A stretch of 64,000 bases of DNA from Eledone cirrhosa (Eukaryota): assembly GCA_964016885.1 (NCBI GenBank), contig OZ024741.1, positions 221,526,001 to 221,590,000 of the forward strand, given 5' to 3'. Below the pieces are notes generated by a model. The model searched no databases and was not told the DNA's origin. It saw only the letters and a list, made by a program, of their open reading frames with translations. The position numbers were made by a program, and so were the translations under genes. Of this stretch, positions 40,660 to 55,500 are shown piece by piece. Numbering within the stretch: the first letter of the stretch is position 1; every line of letters starts with the position of its first letter.

Positions 40660-40959
40660 CATATTTGTGTATATATACATATTTTTATATATATATACAT
40701 ATTTGTATATATATGTATATATATATATATATATATATACATATTTCTTCCAATCTTCATACAATCAACACCATCCATACTCACCAGCAACACCCACATA
40801 CTCTGAATATACACACATGCACATACATGCAAAATGAAAAATGTTTTATATATATATAAATATGTTTATATGTATCATATAGATATGATATACATATATA
40901 TATCATATATCAATATATATATATTATATGATATCATATATATATATATCATATAACAT

Positions 40960-41001
<42 letters not shown>

Positions 41002-41120
41002 TATATATATATATATTATATATATATGATATATGTATATATTTATGTATGATATATATATGATATATAATATACATATATATATATATCTTATATATAT
41101 GTATATCATATATATATATA

Positions 41121-41540
41121 AGCAGAAGGGATATTCAATTTGTTGGTAATTCAACAAATATAAATGTTTATAACTGATTCAGAGCACTCAGCAGGTTTTC
41201 TGGAGTATAATATTCAATGATATTAAATAAATGGAAACTATATTTATAAAACAATATTTATTCTATTATATATATTTCAAGGGTACCAAAATTTTGGTAC
41301 GCTATCATCAGATAAAATACGAAGTGTCTTTTATAAATTTTGACATAACCAAGGAAAATACACCTTAACTATCCAAGGAAAACTTGAATCAGTAAGGTAT
41401 ATTTTCCTTGGTTTTGTCAAAATTTATAAAACACACTTCGCATTTTATCTGATGATAGCGTACCCAAATTTTGGTACCCTTGAAATATATATAATAGAAT
41501 AAATACGGTTTTATAAATATAATTTCCATTTATTTAATAT

Positions 41541-41547
<7 letters not shown>
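41121..41547 (-). mobile_element. Fold-back element, family C (diverged subfamily), with canonical hammerhead cores in both arms
   Basis: Tail 41121-41212; arms ~41215-41365 and ~41394-41547; CTGATGA (41449) tagcGTACC..GGTACcctt GAAA (41482) TATA TA. Confidence 0.85.
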
Positions 41548-41600
<53 letters not shown>

Positions 41601-41620
41601 ATAAATATATATATGATATG

Positions 41621-41658
<38 letters not shown>

Positions 41659-41837
41659 TATGATATATATATATATATCATATATATATAGTGTCCAAAG
41701 CATGACTGTGGTGTGAAGTAGGAGGCCAAAGACTTCACCAGTTGGTGCTAATGATTTAAACAAGGCCTGGGGCAACACTGGGCTGAAACATATCAAAGTT
41801 ATATGACCTTGAAAAATTAAAGGTGTATATATATATA

Positions 41838-41918
<81 letters not shown>

Positions 41919-42149
41919 GTATGTATATACACATTCTTTTGTATATATGTGTGCAAGCATGTGCATGTGCATATGCATATATATACATAGACACATATAT
42001 GAGGAATTCAATTATAAATTACATTTATATATTTATATATCTGTATGTATACACATATATAAAAAGATAGAGTGAGCGAGAAAGGAGATTTCTATGTATG
42101 TGTGTGTGAGTGCAGATACATATGTTGGGCACTGCTTGGATAATTTTGC

Positions 42150-42233
<84 letters not shown>

Positions 42234-42316
42234 GTACACATATGTATACATATATATTTATATATATATATACAGATGTGTATATATATATACATGTTTA
42301 TACATATACATATGTG

Positions 42317-42350
<34 letters not shown>

Positions 42351-42389
42351 CATATGTGTATATATATATATATATATTTATATATATAC

Positions 42390-42430
<41 letters not shown>

Positions 42431-42783
42431 GTACGATTTATCAAAATAAGAACAAAAGAACTGATCACCAAAGGAAACGTTTACAAATCTGTAAAATACA
42501 GTTTGACATGTGTGCATCCCAAACGCAAATATTCATAATAATAGTTGATCCCTATAAATAATAGTTGTGAAAACTCAAGTAAAGTCGTCACCCCCCCCCC
42601 TCCCCACTTCCCAGGAGACAGGCAGAAGTAGAGAGAGGTGTCTCTGTCCACAATATTTACATTAATCACAGTGTTTTAAAGAACTATGATGTGTAGAAGA
42701 GGAATCATTTATAAATAACAATCAAAGTGTTGAATTGTCTTAGTGAAAGTTGTAATAATCATTTTGAATATAAGTGATTTATG

Positions 42784-42816
<33 letters not shown>

Positions 42817-42833
42817 ATATATATATATGTATA

Positions 42834-42905
<72 letters not shown>

Positions 42906-42906
42906 C

Positions 42907-42954
<48 letters not shown>

Positions 42955-43342
42955 ATATATATACATATATATGGATATATGCATATATATACATATATAT
43001 ATACATATATATGCATAAATATGCATATATATGCATATATATACGATTAAATAGCCATAAAGAAAGAAAGAAAAAAAAGAAAAGAAAGAACAAAGAATGC
43101 ATATATATACATACATATATATATATACATATGCATATATATGCATATATATATATATATATGCATATATATACATATCTATCTATCTATTTATCTGTTC
43201 ATAAATAGATGGATAGATATAGATATATAGTTATATAGATGAATATATATATGTGAGTGTGTATTTATATATGCATGTATATATACACACACGAATATAT
43301 ATGCATATATCCCTAAATATTTATATATGCACACACACAGAG

Positions 43343-43383
<41 letters not shown>

Positions 43384-43398
43384 CACATATATATATAC

Positions 43399-43474
<76 letters not shown>

Positions 43475-44190
43475 TAATGAATATTATGTAACTACATTCC
43501 ATATTTCAAAAACGAAAAAAAAAAACGATTAAATAGCCATAAAGAAAGAAAGAAAAAAAAGAAAAGAAAGAACAAAGAATGAGACAGAGAGAGAGAGATG
43601 GAAGGACATAGAGATTGATAGAGAGTGAAGGGTAGAGTGATAGACAGATAGATAGAGAGAGAATGGGAGAGAGCAAGATGAAACAGTTGAGGAAGTGAAA
43701 GAAAGAAAAAAGACAAAGAGAAAGAATGCGAGATGGAAAAGGGTCGGGAGGGGGGTGTAGGGGTTGAAATGTAGATGGAAAAGTAGGGGGGTGAAGAGAA
43801 GAAAAGAGAGAAACATTTGAATGTTGAATGAAAAGAAAGGAGAAAAAAAAAACAAAGAAAAGAATTTGAGATAAATTTGAGGTTGGATAAAATAAAGAAA
43901 AGGTAAAGAAAAGAGGAAGGAATTGGTAGAAGAAAGAGGAAGAGAAGGAAGAAGACAGAATGTGGAAAGAGGTTGATGATGAAGAAGAAAATAAAGAGCA
44001 TTTTATGCTGAGACATTCTATGTGAAATGACTATATGTTTTTGTTTGTTTGTTTATTCAATGTTTTTTTTTTTATTTTTGGTTATTAATTTATTTTCTAA
44101 TTAATATTATCATTATTATTATTATTATTATTATTAAATCAAATGAAAAACATTGTTGTCTCTGATCGAGACGAAGCGAGTGTGTATTTG

Positions 44191-47100
44191 AATACATATA
44201 AAAATGAGAAAACTCATTTCTTTAGAACAGCGGTTAAAACAGACAAATGTTGTCAAAAACAGCGATGCAGAAAGATGGTCAACAGAGAGACAATCTACAA
44301 GGTCATCCATCTTGTAGATTGTCTCTCTGTCGACAACTGGTCAGTGATCTCTGTCCTCTGAAGCAGACCTCACAGGTTGTCTCTCTGTCGACAACTGGTC
44401 ACTGATCTCTGTCCTCTGAAGCAGACCTCACAGGTTGTCTCTCTGTCGACAACTGGTCAGTGGTCTCTGTCCTCTGAAGCAGACCTCGTAGATTGTCTCT
44501 CTGTCGACAACTGGTCACTGATCTCTGTCCTCTGAAGCAGACCTCATAGGTTGTCTCTCTGTCAACAACTGGTCAGTGGTCTCTGTCCTCTGAAGCAGAC
44601 CTCGTAGGTTGTCTCTCTGTCAACAACTGGTCACTGATCTCTGTCCTCTGAAGCAGACCTCATAGGTTGTCTCTCTGTCGACAACTGGTCACTGATCTCT
44701 GTCCTCTGAGGCAGACCTCGTAGGTTGTCTCTCTGTCGACAACTGGTCACTGATCTCTGTCCTCTGAAGCAGACCTCGTAGGTTGTCTCTCTGTCGACAA
44801 CTGGTCACTGATCTCTGTCCTCTGAAGCAGACCTCACAGGTTGTCTCTCTGTCAACAACTGGTCACTGGTCTCTGTCCTCTGAAGCAGACCTCGTAGGTT
44901 GTCTCTCTGTCGACAACTGGTCACTGATCTCTGTCCTCTGAAGCAGACCTCGTAGGTTGTCTCTCTGTCAACAACTGGTCACTGGTCTCTGTCCTCTGAA
45001 GCAGACCTCACAGGTTGTCTCTCTGTCAACAACTGGTCACTGGTCTCTGTCCTCTGAAGCAGACCTCACAGGTTGTCTCTCTGTCAACAACTGGTCACTG
45101 GTCTCTGTCCTCTGAAGCAGACCTCGTAGGTTGTCTCTCTGTCAACAACTGGTCAGTGGTCTCTGTCCTCTGAAGCAGACCTCGTAGGTTGTCTCTCTGT
45201 CAACAACTGGTCAGTGGTCTCTGTCCTCTGAAGCAGACCTCGTAGGTTGTCTCTCTGTCAACAACTGGTCAGTGGTCTCTGTCCTCTGAAGCAGACCTCG
45301 TAGGTTGTCTCTCTGTCGACAACTGGTCACTGATCTCTGTCCTCTGAAGCAGACCTCATAGGTTGTCTCTCTGTCGACAACTGGTCACTGATCTCTGTCC
45401 TCTGAGGCAGACCTCGTAGGTTGTCTCTCTGTCAACAACTGGTCAGTGGTCTCTGTCCTCTGAAGCAGACCTCGTAGGTTGTCTCTCTGTCAACAACTGG
45501 TCAGTGGTCTCTGTCCTCTGAAGCAGACCTCGTAGGTTGTCTCTCTGTCAACAACTGGTCAGTGGTCTCTGTCCTCTGAAGCAGACCTCGTAGGTTGTCT
45601 CTCTGTCAACAACTGGTCACTGATCTCTGTCCTCTGAAGCAGACCTCATAGGTTGTCTCTCTGTCGACAACTGGTCACTGATCTCTGTCCTCTGAAGCAG
45701 ACCTCATAGGTTGTCTCTCTGTCGACAACTGGTCACTGATCTCTGTCCTCTGAGGCAGACCTCGTAGGTTGTCTCTCTGTCGACAACTGGTCACTGATCT
45801 CTGTCCTCTGAGGCAGACCTCGTAGGTTGTCTCTCTGTCGACAACTGGTCACTGATCTCTGTCCTCTGAGGCAGACCTCGTAGGTTGTCTCTCTGTCGAC
45901 AACTGGTCACTGATCTCTGTCCTCTGAAGCAGACCTCGTAGGTTGTCTCTCTGTCAACAACTGGTCACTGATCTCTGTCCTCTGAAGCAGACCTCACAGG
46001 TTGTCTCTCTGTCGACAACTGGTCACTGATCTCTGTCCTCTGAAGCAGACCTCGTAGGTTGTCTCTCTGTCGACAACTGGTCACTGATCTCTGTCCTCTG
46101 AAGCAGACCTCGTAGGTTGTCTCTCTGTCAACAACTGGTCACTGATCTCTGTCCTCTGAAGCAGACCTCGTAGGTTGTCTCTCTGTCGACAACTGGTCAC
46201 TGATCTCTGTCCTCTGAAGCAGACCTCACAGGTTGTCTCTCTGTCGACAACTGGTCACTGGTCTCTGTCCTCTGAAGCAGACCTCGTAGGTTGTCTCTCT
46301 GTCAACAACTGGTCACTGATCTCTGTCCTCTGAAGCAGACCTCGTAGGTTGTCTCTCTGTCGACAACTGGTCACTGGTCTCTGTCCTCTGAAGCAGACAT
46401 CGTAGGTTGTCTCTCTGTTGACAACTGGTCACTGATCTCTGTCCTCTGAAGCAGACCTCGTAGGTTGTCTCTCTGTCAACAACTGGTCACTGATCTCTGT
46501 CCTCTGAGGCAGACCTCACAGGTTGTCTCTCTGTCAACAACTGGTCAGTGGTCTCTGTCCTCTGAAGCAGACCTCGTAGGTTGTCTCTCTGTCAACAACT
46601 GGTCACTGATCTCTGTCCTCTGAAGCAGACCTCGTAGGTTGTCTCTCTGTCAACAACTGGTCACTGATCTCTGTCCTCTGAAGCAGACCTCGTAGGTTGT
46701 CTCTCTGTCAACAACTGGTCACTGATCTCTGTCCTCTGAAGCAGACCTCGTAGGTTGTCTCTCTGTCAACAACTGGTCACTGATCTCTGTCCTCTGAAGC
46801 AGACCTCGTAGGTTGTCTCTCTGTCAACAACTGGTCACTGATCTCTGTCCTCTGAAGCAGACCTCACAGGTTGTCTCTCTGTCAACAACTGGTCACTGAT
46901 CTCTGTCCTCTGAAGCAGACCTCGTAGGTTGTCTCTCTGTCGACAAATGGTCACTGATCTCTGTCCTCTGAAGCAGACCTCGTAGGTTGTCTCTCTGTCG
47001 ACAACTGGTCAGTGGTCTCTGTCCTCTGAAGCAGACCTCGTAGGTTGTCTCTCTGTCGACAACTGGTCAGTGGTCTCTGTCCTCTGAAGCAGACCTCGTA

Positions 47101-47406
47101 GGTTGTCTCTCTGTCGACAACTGGTCAGTGGTCTCTGTCCTCTGAAGCAGACCTCGTAGGTTGTCTCTCTGACGACAACTGGTCACTGATCTCTGTCCTC
47201 TGAAGCAGACCTCGTAGGTTGTCTCTCTGTCGACAACTGGTCAGTGGTCTCTGTCCTCTGAAGCAGACCTCGTAGGTTGTCTCTCTGTTGACAACTGGTC
47301 ACTGATCTCTGTCCTCTGAGGCAATTTTACCCATTGCTGTCTTTGACAGTATTTGGCTGTTTTAATGGTTGTTCTAGTGATGAGTTTTCTCATTTTTATA
47401 TGAATT
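44191..47406. mobile_element. Inverted-repeat-bounded element carrying a 58-bp satellite
   Basis: catataaaaatgagaaaactcat..tagaac..ttaaaacag..tgtcaaa..acagcgatg (44195-44267) mirrors 47332-47402. Confidence 0.7.
44310..47320. repeat. 58-bp tandem satellite, ~52 copies
   Basis: ttgtctctctgtcgacaactggtcactgatctctgtcctctgaagcagacctcgtagg. Confidence 0.97.
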
Positions 47407-47589
47407 ATTATTATTGATTAAAATATTAGAATTTCCCTTGCAAAACAGAGACAAACACCTTACTTGAATATTGTCTGAAAAACAAAAAAGTTTAAAAATC
47501 AAAAAAAAAAAATTTAAATTACTGAAGTGGGCCAAAGAAATAAACTAACTCAACCAAAACAAACATATTTTGTTGTTTATTTATTGTTA

Positions 47590-48657
47590 CTGATGATGAT
47601 GGTGGTGGTGGTGGTGTGGTGATGGTGGGGGGTGATGATGATGATAATGGTGGTGGTAGTGATGGTGATGGTGATGGTGGAGATGGTGAAGATGGTGATG
47701 GAGGAGGTGGTGATGATGGTGATGGTGGTGATGATGATGGCGAGAAACACAACAATGACGACAGCACCAATGATTGGTGAAGATTGTGATGAAGGTTGTG
47801 TTGGTGAGGGTAACGGTGATGATGGTGATTGTAGTGGTGGTGGTGATGATGATGGTGGTGGTGGTGCTGATGGTGATGGTGATAGTGGATGTGGTGATGA
47901 TGGTGATGGTGATGGTGCAGATGGTGGTGATGACGGTTGGGTTGGTGATGGTGATGATGGTGATATTGTGGTAGTGATGAGGATGGTGGTGGTGATGATG
48001 ATGATGGTGACGATGATGATGATGTGAACAAATGACGACAACATCAGCGACAATGATTGTGATGATGATGATGATGATGAAAAATTGTGACAATGTCGAT
48101 ATTTCACCATGACAATCTTATATTTATTGTTATTGCTGTTATTGCTACTGTTGTTATTGCTGTTGTTGTTATTGCTGTTGTTGTTGCTATTGCTGTTGTT
48201 GCTATTGTTGCTGTTGTTGTTGCTGTTGTTGCTATTGTTGCTGTTGTTGCTATTTCTGTTGTTGCTATTGCTGTTGTTGTTGCTATTGCTGTTGTTGCTA
48301 CTGTTGTTATTGCTGTTGTTGTTATTGCTGTTGTTGTTATTGTTGCTGTTGTTGCTATTGCTGTTGTTGCTATTGCTGTTGTTGCTATTGTTGCTGTTGT
48401 TGCTATTGCTGTTGTTGCTATTGCTGTTGTTGCTATTGTTGCTGTTGTTGCTATTGCTGTTGTTGCTATTGTTGTTATTGCTGTTGTTGCTATTGTTGCT
48501 GTTGTTGCTATTGCTGTTGTTGCTATTGTTGCTGTTATTGCTATTGCTGTTGCTATTACTGTTGTTGTTATTGTTGTTGTTGCTATTGCTATTGCTGTTG
48601 CTATTGCTATTGCTGTTGTTGCTATTGCTGTTGTTGCTATTGTTGCTGTTGTTGTTT
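47590..48657. repeat. (GAT/GGT)n and (TTG/CTG/CTA)n trinucleotide tracts
   Basis: Seen directly. Confidence 0.9.
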
Positions 48658-48729
48658 AGCTCAAGGTTGGTCCAGTAGAAGAGAAAACATCTTCAAGCCT
48701 CTGTGATTTGAGATGTTGTTGTTGTGACA

Positions 48730-48965
48730 GCTCACACCTATGCAGGTTTAGCTGGCCTCCTCCAAGGTATATCTCGTTGGAGGTGTCTTGGGTAATTTAA
48801 CGATAGGGACCCCAGTCCTATCATCTCATTTCTACAGCTGAGTAAACTGGAGCAACGTGAAATAAAGTGTCTTGGTCAAAGAAACAGCACATCACCCGGT
48901 CCGAGAATTGAACTCACAACTTTTTTATTGTAAGCCCAATGCTCTAACCACTAAGCCCTGCGCCT
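48730..48965 (-). mobile_element. tRNA-derived SINE (family 2)
   Basis: Reverse complement of 19163-19400. Confidence 0.8.
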
Positions 48966-49514
48966 TGATTTGAGAATGAGGGAGATGTGGTTGTTATTTT
49001 TAGTAAGTGAAACAAATATGTAGAATCTTCCAAGTAACCAGTCTAGATAACTCTGGTGAACTTTGATGGAGCAGCGCAGTGATGACAAACATACCAGTAA
49101 CAACCCTCCTCCCATCCATACGCCCCCACCCACCTCACGACACCACCACCACCATACCAGTAATAACCCTCCTGTCTTCCATACACGCCCACCCTACCCT
49201 ACCCTACCACCACCACCACCACCATACCAGTAATAACCATCCTGTTTTCCATACACCACCACCACCACCCCCTCACATACCAGTAATAACCCCCCTGCCT
49301 TCCACAAAACCACTACACACCACACATGAACACCACCACCTTGAATTCAGAATCAAATTATATCTAATGTATACTTCATTTTTCTTAAACATTGCTGTGA
49401 GATTTAAGGGAGAATTGGCTGATGTTTCTAAAAGCCTGTGTGACGATATAGAGGCTATTGTAATTCAAACTCTTTGGTGTTGGTGTTGTTGGGAGGAACT
49501 TTCAATCATTGATT

Positions 49515-52500
49515 TGGATTTAATATGGTTGACTGGGTTTCAATATGATTGGCTGGGTCTCAATATAGTCAACTGGGTCTTAATATGGTTGTCTAGGTCT
49601 TAATATTGTTGGGTCATAATATGGTTGACAGGGTCTTAATATGGTTGACTAGGTCTTAATAGCGTTGGGTCTTAATATGGTTGACTAGGTCAAAATAGGG
49701 TTGGGTCTTAATATGGTTGAGAGGGTCTTAATAAGATTGACTAGGTCTTAATATGGTTGAGAGGGTCTTAATGTGATTGACAAGGTCTTAATGGGGTTGG
49801 TTGGGTCTTAATGTGGATGAGTGAGTCTTTATGGTTGACTAAGTCTTAAAATGGTGGACAGGGTCGTAATATGGTTGACTAGGTCTTAATATGGTTGGTT
49901 GGTCTTAATATGGTTGACTAGGTCTTAATAGGGTTGAGTCTTAATAAGGTTGGGTCTGAATATGGTTGGGTTTTAATATGGTTCTCTGGGTCTTAAGATG
50001 GTTGACTGGGTCTTAATATGGTTGGGTCTCAATATGGTTGAGTGAATCTTAATATGGTTGACTAAGTCTTAATATGGTTGACAGGGTCGTAATATGGTTG
50101 ACTGGGTCTTAATATGGTTCGTTGGGTCTTAATATGGTTGACTAGGTCTTAATATGGTTGGTTGGGTGTTAATCTGGTTGACTGGGTCTTAATCTGGTTC
50201 GTTGGGTCTTAATATGGTTGACTAGGTCTTAATATGGTTGGTTGGGTGTTAATCTGGTTGACTGGGTCTTAATCTGGTTCGCTGGGTCTTAATATGGTTT
50301 GCTGGGTCTTAATATGGTTGGTTGGGTCTTAATATGGTTGGCTGGGTCTTAATATAGTTGTTTGGGTCTTAATATGGATGACCGAATCTTAATATGGTTG
50401 GCTGGGTCTTAATATGGTTGACTGGATCTTAATATGGTTGATTGGGTCTTAATATGGTTCACCTCCTCTTAATATGGTTGGTTGGGTCTTAATATCGTTG
50501 ACTGGGTCATAATATGGTTGGTTGGGTCTTAATATGGTTGACTGGGTATTAATATAGTTGGTTGGGTTTTAATATTGTTGACTGGATATTAATATGGTTG
50601 GTTGGGTCTTAATATGGTTGACTACGTCTTAATATGGTTGACTAGGTCTTAATATGATTGACTAGATCTTAATATGGTTGTGTCTTAATATGGTTGGTTG
50701 GGTCTTAATATGGTTGACTACGTCTTAATATGGTTGACTAGGTCTTAATATGATTGACTAGATCTTAATATGGTTGTGTCTTAATATGGTTGGCTGGGTC
50801 TTAATATGGTTGAATGGGTTTTAATATGGTTGACTAGGTCTTAATATGGTTGGTTGGGACTTAATATGGTTGGGTTTTCATAGGGTTGACTGAGTCTTAA
50901 TATGGTTGGGTCTTAATATGGTTGACTGGGTCTTAATATGGTTAGCTGGGTCTTAATATGGTGGACTGGGTCTTAATATGGTTGACTAGGTATTAATATG
51001 GTTGACTGCATTGAAATATGGTTGACTGGGGCTTAATATGGTTCGTTAGGTCTTAATATAGTTGGCTGTGTCTTCATATGGGTGACAAGGTCTTAACGTG
51101 GTTGGCTGGGTCTTAATATGGTTGACTAGGTCTTAATATGGTTGGTTGGGTCTTAATATGATTGACTGGGTCTTAATATGATTGACTGGGTCTTAATATG
51201 GTTGGGTCTTAATATGGTTGGCTGGATCTTAATATGGTTGAATGGGTCTCAATAAGGTTGACTAGGTTTTAATATGGTTGGGTGGGCCTTAATATGGTTG
51301 TGTCTTCATATGGTTTACTCAGTGGTTGGGTCTTAATATGGTTGGGTCTTAATATACTTGGATCGTAATATGGTTGGCTGGGTCTTAAAGGGTTTAGGTC
51401 TTAATATGGCTGACTGGGTCTTAATATGGTTGAGTAAGTCTTAATATGGTTGGGTCATAATATGGTTAGCTTGGTCTTAATATGGGTGACTAGGTCTTAA
51501 TAGGGTTGGGTCTTAATATGGTTGGCTGGGTCCTAATATGGTTGACTGGGTCATAATATGGTTGGGTGGGTCTGAATATGGTTGGGTGGGTCTTAATATG
51601 GTTGGGTCTAAATATGGTTGACTGGGTCTTAATATGGTTGGTTGAATCTTAATATGGTTTACTAGGCCTTAATCTGACTGAGTCTTAATCTGGTTGACTG
51701 GGTCTTAATATGGTTGACTGGGTCGTAATATGGTTGACTGGGTCTTAATATGGTTGACTAGGTATTAATATGGTTGGGTGTGTCTTAATATGGTTGACTG
51801 GGTCTTAATATGGTTGGGTCTTAATATGGTTGGTTGCATCTTGATATGGTTTACTAGGCCTTAATCTGACTGAGTCTTAATCTGGTTGACTGGGTCTTAA
51901 TATGGTTGACTGGGTCGTAATATGGTTGAATGGGTCTTAATATGGTTGACTAGGACTTCATATGGTTGGTTGGGTCTTAATATAGTTGACTGGGTTGAAA
52001 TATGGTTGACAGCGTCTTAATATGGTTGACTAGATCTTAATATGGTTGGTTCGGTCTTAATATGGTTGTGTCTTAATATGGTTGAGTGATTCTTAATATG
52101 GTTGACTACAACTTAATATCGTCAACTGTGTACTAATATGGTTGACTAGGTCTTAATATGGTTGACTGGGTCTTAATAGGGATGGTTGGCTCTTAATATG
52201 GTTGGGTGGGTCTGAATACGGTTGGGTGGGTCTTAATATGGTTGGGTATTAATATGGTTGACTGGGTCTTAATAGGGATGGTTGTCTCTTAATATGGTTG
52301 AGTGGGTCTGAATACGGTTGGGAGGGTCTTAATATGGTTGGGTCTTAATATGGTTGACTGGGTCTTAATATGGTTGACTAGGTCTTAATATGGCTGACTG
52401 GGCCTTAATATGGTTGAGTAGGTCTTAATATGGTTGACAAGGTCTTAATATGGTTGACTGGGTTGAAATAATGTTCGTTGGGTCTTAATATGTTTGGGTC

Positions 52501-55500
52501 TTAATATGGTTAGCTGTGTCTTGATATGGGTGACTATGTCTTAATAGGGTTGGGTTTTCATATGGTTGGCTGGGTCTTAATATGGTCGACTAGGTCTTAA
52601 TATGGTTGAGTGAGTCTTAATATTGTTGACTACGTTTTAATATCTTCGACTGGGTACTAATATGGTTGGGTCTTAATATGGTTGGCTTGGTCTTAATGTG
52701 TTTGGGTTTTAATATGGTTGACTGGGTCTAAATATGGTTGGGTGGGTCTTAATATGGTTGGGTGGGTCATAATATGGTTGGGCCTTGATATGGTTTACTG
52801 GGTCTTTATATGGTTGACTGTGTCTTAATATGGTTCACTTGGTCTTAATATGGGTGGTTGGGACTTAATATGGTTGGGTCTTAATATGGTTGACTGAGTC
52901 TTAATATGGTTGACTAGGTCTTAATAGGGTTAGGTCTTAATATGGCTGACTGGGACTTAATATGTTTGAGTGAGTCTTAATATGGTTGACTAGGTCTTAA
53001 TATGGTTGACTGGGTTAAAATATGGTTGACTGAGTCTTAATATGGTTCGTTGGGTCTTAATATGGTTGGCTGTGTCTTAATATGGGTGACTCCGTCTTAG
53101 TAAGGTTGGGTCTTAATATGGTTAGGTCTTAATATGGTTGACTGGGTCTGAAAAGGTTGAGTGAGTCTTAATATGGTTGACTACGAATTAATATCATCGA
53201 CTGGGTACCACTATGGTTGACTAGGTCTTAATATGGTTGACTGGGTCTTAATATGTTTGGGTTTTAATATGGTTGACTGGGTCTTAATAGGGATGGTTGG
53301 GTCTTAATATGGTTGGGTGGGTCTGAATATGGTTGGGTGGGTATTAATATGGTTGGGTCTTAATATGGTTGACTGGGTCTTAATATGGTTGACTAGGTCT
53401 TAATATGGTTGGTTGGCTCTTAATATGGTTGATTGGGTCTTAATATGTTTGGGTCTTCATATGGTTGACTGGGTCTCAATATGGTTGGTTGGTTCTTAAT
53501 ATGGTTGTGTGGGTCTGAATATGGTTCACTGGGTCTTAATATGGTTGACTGGTTCTTAGTAGGGTTAAATGGGTCTTCATATGGTTTACTAGGTCTTAAT
53601 CTGGTTGGGTGGGTCTTAATATGGTTGGCTAGGTCATAATATGTTTGAATAGGTCTTGACTGGGTCTTAATATTGTTTGGTCTTAATATGGTTGGGTGGG
53701 TCTTAATATGGTTGACTCGGTCAAAATGTGATTGACTGGGTCTTCATTTGATTGACTGGGTCTTAATATGGTTGGGTTTTAATATGGTTGACTGCGTATT
53801 AATATGGCTGGGTCGTAATATGGTTGACTGGGTCTTAATATGGTTGACTAGGTCTTAATATGGTTGACTGGGTCTTAATATGGTTCACTAGGTCTTAATA
53901 TGGTTGGGTCTTATTATGGTTGGCTGGGTCTTAATATGGCTGGGTCTTGATATGTTTGACTAAGTCTCAATATGGTTGTTTGGGTCTTAATATGGTTGGT
54001 TGGTTGGATCTTAATATGGTTGGTTGTGTCTTAATATCGTTGACTGGGTCTTAATATAGTGTGGTATTAATATGGTTGGCCGGGTCTTATTATAGTTGGT
54101 TCGGTCTTAATATGGTTGGGTCTCAAAATGGTTGGCTGGGTCTTAATATGGTTTGGTCTTAATATGGTTTTGACTAGGTCTTAATAGGGTTGGGTCTTAA
54201 TATGGTTGGCTCTTAATATGTTTGACTGGGTCTTAATATGGTTGACTGTGTCTTAATATGGTTGACTAGGTCTTAATATGGTTTGGTCTTAATATGGTTT
54301 TGAGTAGGTCTTAATAGGGTTGGGTCTTAATATAGTCGGGTCTTAATATGGTTGACTGGGTCTTAATATGGTTGACTATGTCTTAATATGGTTGGTTGGG
54401 TCTTAATATGTTTGGGTCATATTATGGGTGACTGGGTCTGAATATGGTAGACTGGATCTTAATATTTTGGCTCTTAATATGGTTGGCTGGACCTTAATAT
54501 GTATGGATCTTAATATGGTTGGCTAATTCTTAATACGGTTGACTGCGTCGTACCATGGTTGGCTGGGTTTTAATATGGTTGGGTCGTAATATCGTTGACT
54601 GGGTCTTAATATGATTGACTGGGTATAAATATGTTTGGTTGGGTCTTAATATGGTTGGGTTTTAATATGGTTGACTGGGTCTTAATATGGTTGGCTGGGT
54701 CTTCATAAGGTTGGGTTTTAATATGGTTGACTTGGTCTTAATATAGTTGGCTGTGTCTTTATATGGTTGGTTGGTTCTTTATATAATTGGTTGGGTCTTC
54801 ATATTGTTCACTAGGTCTTAATATGGTTGGCTGGGTCTTAATATGGTTGGTTGGGTCTTAATATGTTTGACTAGGTCTTAATATATTTAACTAGGTCTTA
54901 ATATGTTTGACTAGGTCTTAATATGGTTGGGTCTTAATATGGTTGGTTGAGTCTTAATATGGTTGTATGGGTCTTAAGATGGCTGACTGGGTCTTAATAT
55001 GGTTGGTTGGGTCTTAATATGTTTGGTTGGGTCTTAATATATTTGACTCTGTCTTGATATGCTTGGTTGTATCTTAATATGTTTGATTGGGTCTTAATAT
55101 GTTTGGCTGAGTCTTAATATGTTTGACTGGATCTTAATATGGTTGATTGGGTCTTAATATGGTTCACCTCGTCTTAATATCGTTGACTTCGTCTTAATAT
55201 GTTTGGTTGGGTCTTAATATGGTTGACTGGGTCTTAATATGGTTGGTTGGGTCTTAATATGGTTGACTGGGTATTAATATAGTTGGTTGGGTCTTCATAT
55301 GGTTCACTAGGGCCTAATATGGTTGGCTGGGTCTTAATATGGTTGGTTGGGTCTTAATATGGTTGAGTAGGTCTTAATATGTTTGACTAAGTCTTAATAT
55401 GGTTGGTTGGGTCTTAATATTGTTGACTGGGTCATAATGTGATTGACGAGGTCTTAATATGGTTGACTGGGTCTTAATATGGTTGGGTCTTAATACGGTT

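Noticed and set aside
33340-42490. Weak hammerhead-like strings at ~33335-33360, ~41748-41795 and ~42460-42482
   Set aside because: Core mismatches (e.g. CTGATCA) and no convincing stem I; could be chance matches or very decayed copies
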